Assembly: GCF_006345805.1 (NCBI RefSeq)
Contig: NW_021826439.1
Location: 1-12,975, forward strand
Length of the DNA: 12,975 nt
Direction: 5' to 3'
From: Octopus sinensis
Taxonomy: Eukaryota
Every line of letters begins with the position of its first letter. Positions within the stretch are counted from its first letter, which is position 1. Position numbers and translations under genes: made by a program. A model generated the notes under the pieces. That model did not search any database, was not told where the DNA came from, and saw only the letters and a list, made by a program, of their open reading frames with translations. Shown piece after piece: positions 8,477-12,975 of the stretch.

Positions 8477-8762
8477 GCACAAGAAAAGTTACAAACTTCA
8501 TTCAGAGATAGTAAGATCTTACGAAAGTACTGGTTAGTAACCTATACAAAGCGTATTGCACCTTATATTTAATATTCCATTACAGGGTAATTATATAAAC
8601 CGTGGTTTATATAAATTTTATTTATTATAATAATAATATGAGAGAATAGAGAGGTAATAAATTGAATATTATTTATAAATTAAAAAATTGACAAACATAC
8701 CTTACAGGTGTTTCCACTCAGGCTCTCAGAAAAGTAATTCTACCTCCCTTGTTACTATATAC

Positions 8763-9056
8763 TGGCGCTCCGACGGCTACGATGTCGAGGTTTCCGATTG
8801 ATCTGATCTACAGAACTACCTGCAATCAAATTAACCTGACAGTAGTTCAGCACTCCTCAGACACGTGTAACTTAACGTAGTTCACAGCTTGAAACAATGT
8901 AACGAAGCTCTGGCCATTTCTAATACAGGTACAAACTTATTTTTCTAGCTGAGTGAAGTGGAGCATTGTGAAATGAAGTGTATTGTTAAAAGACATAACG
9001 TGCCGCCGGGGAGCGAAGTCAGAACCTGACGATCGTGAGACGAATAAGAAACCATT
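8763..9056 (-). mobile_element. tRNA-derived SINE family D, old and degenerate
   Basis: On the + strand, ggggagcgaagtc resembles a reversed B box (gggaatcgaactc). gaaatgaagtgtattgttaaaagacataac resembles the reversed central domain gttgtgtccttgagcaagacactttatttc. cactcctcagacacgtgtaacttaacgtagttc and tggcgctccgacggctacga match a recalled octopus SINE 3' part. Confidence 0.65.
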
Positions 9057-9119
9057 GTTCAAAGTAATGAGGCGGTAGAATTGTCAAAGTTTCGAAAGAA
9101 ACGCCTTACAATATTTCAA

Positions 9120-9250
9120 ATTCTTTGCATTCTGGATTGAAATGGCGCTTTGGTCAACTTTCCGTTTCGTCATTTCGAGATTAATAAATTAAGGAAATAG
9201 TCGTACTAAGATCGACTTTGCCTTCATCCTTCGTGTTCAATAAAATAGGA
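9120..9250 (+). mobile_element. Two degenerate family B central-domain fragments in tandem
   Basis: ggtcaactttccgtttcgtcatttcgagattaataaattaag and atcgactttgccttcatccttcgtgttcaataaaatag both resemble gtcgactttgcctttcatcctttcggaatcgataaattaag, the reverse complement of ~10678-10720. Confidence 0.55.
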
Positions 9251-9265
9251 TCCCTCGAAATTGCT

Positions 9266-9672
9266 GGAGTGGCTGTGTGATAAGTAGCTTGCTTACAAAC
9301 CACATGGTTCCGGGTTCAGTTCCACTGCGTGGCACCTTGGGCAAGTGTTTTCTACTATAACCTCGGGCTGACCAAAGCCTTGTGAGTGGATTTGATAGAC
9401 GGAAACTGAAAGAAGACCGTCGTATATATTTATATATGTATATGTATGTATGTTTGTGTGTCTGTCTTTGTCCCCCCCCCCACAACATCGCTTGACAACC
9501 GATGCTGGTGTGTTTATGTCCCCATAACTTAGTGATTCGAAAAAGGAACCGATAGAATAAGTACTAGGCTTACAAAGAATAAGTCTTGGGGTCGATTTGC
9601 TCGATCGACTAGAGGCGGTGCTCCAGCATGGCTACAGGCAAATGACTGAAACAAGTAAAAGAGTTAAAGAGT
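9266..9672 (+). mobile_element. SINE family A, near full length
   Basis: Aligns end to end with 4033-4427. Internal (TATG)n and tail gaaacaagtaaaagagttaaagag. Confidence 0.93.
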
Positions 9673-10398
9673 AAATATTTCATAAGCAAAATATTTTCAA
9701 AGCGGATTGGATTTTATCTACTTTCAACAACATTTATGCAAACCAACAGAGGTCGGTTTTTAATTAGGCAAACGTACTACATTAATGCCCGTTTTCATCT
9801 CGGAAGATCTAAGTATGTTTACACCATGGTATCTCCAAACTGGATATGACCAGTACAGAATTTAGCACTTTGCTTAGACACGACTATTGCCCTTTCACGA
9901 TAGTCCAACACGTTATTAACTAGAAATATATTTATGGACATTATTTCTAGAGCGAAATCATTAAAATTGTCCAAATTACTTTCACACATTCTTCACAGAA
10001 TTCACATCAATGTCGAAACAATATGGTAATTCCTTCACAATTTAATGAAATTTTAGCGAATTTATCATAGAGAACGGTGACATTAGATCACTCTATATAA
10101 TCTTCATTAATTAATGAAATGGTTTTAATTATCTGTGAGACTGCTATGGTGTTTTGTTTCTCTATCACATAATTTTGACTTTACCTGATGTTATATTTAA
10201 CTCATATAACATATATTTAGTGGCTGTGAAAGACTATTTTCCAGGTCCAACCATTATATACGCAAATATACCCAGCTTATTTAAAAGAAACCAACAAATA
10301 TTCTGTTAGTATTGTTATACTGTATGCAGCAAAAAAGGTAAAATTGATTACAAAAATCTGAAGAAACAAATGATGCCACTCAAAACACGTTATATTTT

Positions 10399-10577
10399 CA
10401 TTTCTTTACTACCCACAAGGGGCTAAACAGAGAGGAAAAACAAGGACAGACAAACGGATTAAGCCGATAATATCGACCCCAGTGCGTAACTGATACTTAT
10501 TCTATCGAACCCGAAAGGATTAAAGGCAAAGTCGGCCTAGACGGAATTTGAACTCAGAACGTTACGGCAGACGAAAT
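10399..10577 (-). mobile_element. SINE family B, 5'-truncated copy (distal unit of a dimer)
   Basis: Aligns with 10581-10762 from the 3' end (atttctttactacccacaagggg) up to cggcagacgaaat. Confidence 0.92.
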
Positions 10578-10578
10578 G

Positions 10579-10813
10579 CATATTTCTTTACTACCCACAA
10601 GGGGCTAAACACAGAGGGGACAAACAAGGACATATACAGGGATTAAGTCGATTACATCGACCCCAGTGCGTAACTGGTACTTAATTTATCGATTCCGAAA
10701 GGATGAAAGGCAAAGTCGACCTCGGCGAAATTGGAACTCAGAACGTAACGGCAGACGAAATACGGCTACGCATTTGGCCCGGCGTGCTAACGATTCTGCC
10801 AGCTCGCCGCCTT
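10579..10813 (-). mobile_element. tRNA-derived SINE family B, full-length copy
   Basis: The minus strand begins aaggcggcgagctggcagaatcgttagcacg (A box), then ctgagttccaattt (B-box-like), the central domain gtcgactttgcctttcatcc, and the 3' end gtgggtagtaaagaaata. Confidence 0.9.
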
Positions 10814-10975
10814 CAAGAGACGTTATATTTTGCCAACGTCGTATCTTTTAGATAATCATCCGGTAAGTACAGAAGACATATATATTCCGGCTTATTTTAG
10901 CTGCATTTAAATTCACATGTGAAGAATAAACAATTCTTTACTTTCAACAATAGAGAGGAAAGTAACAGTAGACAG

Positions 10976-11145
10976 ACGTAGTAATGGCTGTGTGGTAATT
11001 AGCTTGCTTACCAACCACATAGTTCCGGGTTCAGTCCCACTGTGTGACACCTTGGTCAAGTGTCTTCTACTATAGCCTCCAGCCGACCAAAGCCTTGTGA
11101 GTGGATTTGGTAGACGGAAACTGAAAGAAGCCCGTCCTATATATG

Positions 11146-11179
<34 letters not shown>

Positions 11180-11400
11180 TGTATTTGTGTGTGTATGTTT
11201 GTGTGCTTGTATTTGTCCCCCAACATCGCTTGACAATCGATGCTGGTGTGTTTACGTCCCCGTAACTTAGCTGTTCGGCAAAAGAGACCGATAGAATAAG
11301 TAGTTGGCTTACAAAGAATAAGTCCTGGGGTCGATTTGCTTTGACTAATGGCGGTGCTCCAGCATGGCCACTATAAAATGTCTGAAACAAGTAAAAGAAT
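10976..11400 (+). mobile_element. SINE family A, near full length
   Basis: Aligns with the other A copies. Longer internal (TATG)n and tail gaaacaagtaaaagaat. Confidence 0.93.
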
Positions 11401-12299
11401 ATGGCTTACAGAGCCACTCAGTAAAACGAAGTGAACGCTGACGGAGAATATGTTAACAAAATGATTGTATTCGATTATCAATGAACCTACTTTCATGAAT
11501 TCAAATCATGGTTACATGTTCCTTGATGCATTTATATACAGAATTCTTTACTAAATCTCAGTCGAAGTATATTTTGGATATGCTAACAGTAGTAAGAATC
11601 ATGCCCACACTCAACTGGTGACTCTGTCTATTCAAGACAGATATGTTTGTTTAATCAAGTTAACTGCAGTTAAACACCGAATATTTGCGACCCACTCCCA
11701 AAGCTTGAGAAAAGATTAACTTGTTTATGCAAAACAGCAGACACATTTAAGTGTGTTTAGTACAACAGATCAGGAATTTACACGTTAAATTTTCACTGTA
11801 ACTTTGTTGTGATTCTAAAAATAATTCCATTTACACTAGGAAAGAACTGATATTCGAATCTTTTCTACTTTTCATTCGATGGAAACTAAAAATGAAATTA
11901 AATAAACTTAGTTTAACGACAAACTGAAACACCTTCCGAGACCAGCTACAAGTTTTGGGTTATCAGATAAATTCGTTCGATATTTCTGCTTGACATTTTA
12001 TCATCATACAGTTAAAAATAGGTAAAATTTATTTAAATTTCAAAAGCGATAAACAAAAGTTGTAGAGGATGAACAGAATTACAAAAGTAAGGGTCCAATC
12101 TATCTGACATATTGATAGGGGCCAAATATCCCTTATGTAATATGGGACCATCTTAACAAAAGGAAGATAGACAAGTAGGAGCATATTACCCAATGTATTT
12201 TTCCTTTCTTAGGGAGGTAAGGTATAATGAGAGAGAAATTTGTATGGTATTTCTATTTAGGAGAATGACAAATTAGAAAGTCACTCGTTATGTATCTAC

Positions 12300-12498
12300 C
12301 TGTAGCAGGTGAGCTAAAGACGTTGGTACGTGTTATTCGCACTTTTACGAATGACGGTGTCTTAAACCCATCTGAGTATCTTCGAAACACACACACAAAA
12401 TCAGAAAAAGTATCGAGTAACGTAATCTTTCGATATGTTGGATTCTCAGATGAATTTATCCGTTTTCCTTCTTCTATTTTAAGAGTTTCCAATGTTAT
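12300..12498 (-). CDS. Candidate 199-nt coding exon, product unknown (ITLETLKIEEGKRINSSENPTYRKITLLDTFSDFVCVFRRYSDGFKTPSFVKVRITRTNVFSSPAT)
   Basis: Good acceptor attattttttgtgttattccag|ATA; only phase 0 is open. Donor ACAG|gtagat gives a phase 1 end. The peptide is complex and no family is recognised. Confidence 0.35.
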
Positions 12499-12975
12499 CT
12501 GGAATAACACAAAAAATAATTTTAGTATACTGTTTTATGTTTTTTCAGCACCTCTACCACTTATATTTCTCCCATTTGAAGTATTAATAAATTTTGCCTT
12601 TTTTCAAACTTATATCGATGGAGTATCAAATGGCAGAACAAAAATAGAAAGAATTTATCTGGCAAAACAATATTAAATTCACAAAAAATGTCGAAGATTT
12701 TCGCATGTGGAACACATTTGATATTAAATCTTCTCATTGGACAAGGTATAAAACAATAGCAAAAAAAAAAAGGTGTCGTTTGAATACCAAATATTTCGTT
12801 AAATTGTAGTAGTCGTAGTAAGCGCGATTATTTTACGTTCTGGCAAATGATGTCGGGTACCAAAAAAGCCTCAGAAACACTCTTCTACATAGAAAAACCG
12901 AGACACAGAATTTTATAGCCAAACATCATTGCCCGAAAGCCTTTTTCAAAAACTTTTCGGGAAAAATTTTGAGAA

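Noticed and set aside
8790-9055. CTGAGGA (minus, ~8853) and CTGACGA-tcgt-gag-acga (plus, ~9025) as hammerhead cores
   Set aside because: GAAA is misplaced, stems I/III are absent, and both are explained by SINE D sequence.
10185-10357. Minus-strand segment with good-looking acceptor (tttcttcag) and donor (CAG|gtaaag)
   Set aside because: All three frames contain stops. It could only be non-coding, and there is no other support.
10399-10813. Repeated units as a CRISPR-like array
   Set aside because: Eukaryotic context, and the units are ~180-bp SINE copies without spacers.
12290-12676. 128-aa plus-strand ORF
   Set aside because: Largely antisense to the better-bounded minus exon candidate, with no recognisable domain.
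12932-12961. Hairpin cccgaaa...tttcggg
   Set aside because: Short, imperfect and at the window edge, with no partner feature visible.

Overview
This is AT-rich eukaryotic intergenic or intronic DNA, most likely from an octopus or other cephalopod. That call rests on recalled SINE consensus sequences and the very dense (TA)n, (TATG)n, (CA)n and trinucleotide microsatellites, not on a database search. Most listed ORFs are artefacts of simple repeats or SINEs. I see at least four tRNA-derived SINE families, labelled A-D here: three near-complete A copies plus fragments, a head-to-tail B dimer inside one ~19-bp TSD, one C copy lacking its B box, and one decayed D copy. The most interesting part is 5.7-6.6 kb. 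It holds a ~150-bp fold-back with a 30-bp stem, a pyrimidine-rich repeat remnant, and a type I hammerhead-ribozyme-like motif (6533-6590) with a palindromic stem III and one defect at the stem II junction. Three stop-free minus-strand islands (4911-5178, 5362-5619, 12300-12498) could be exons of an unidentified gene. No gene can be named.
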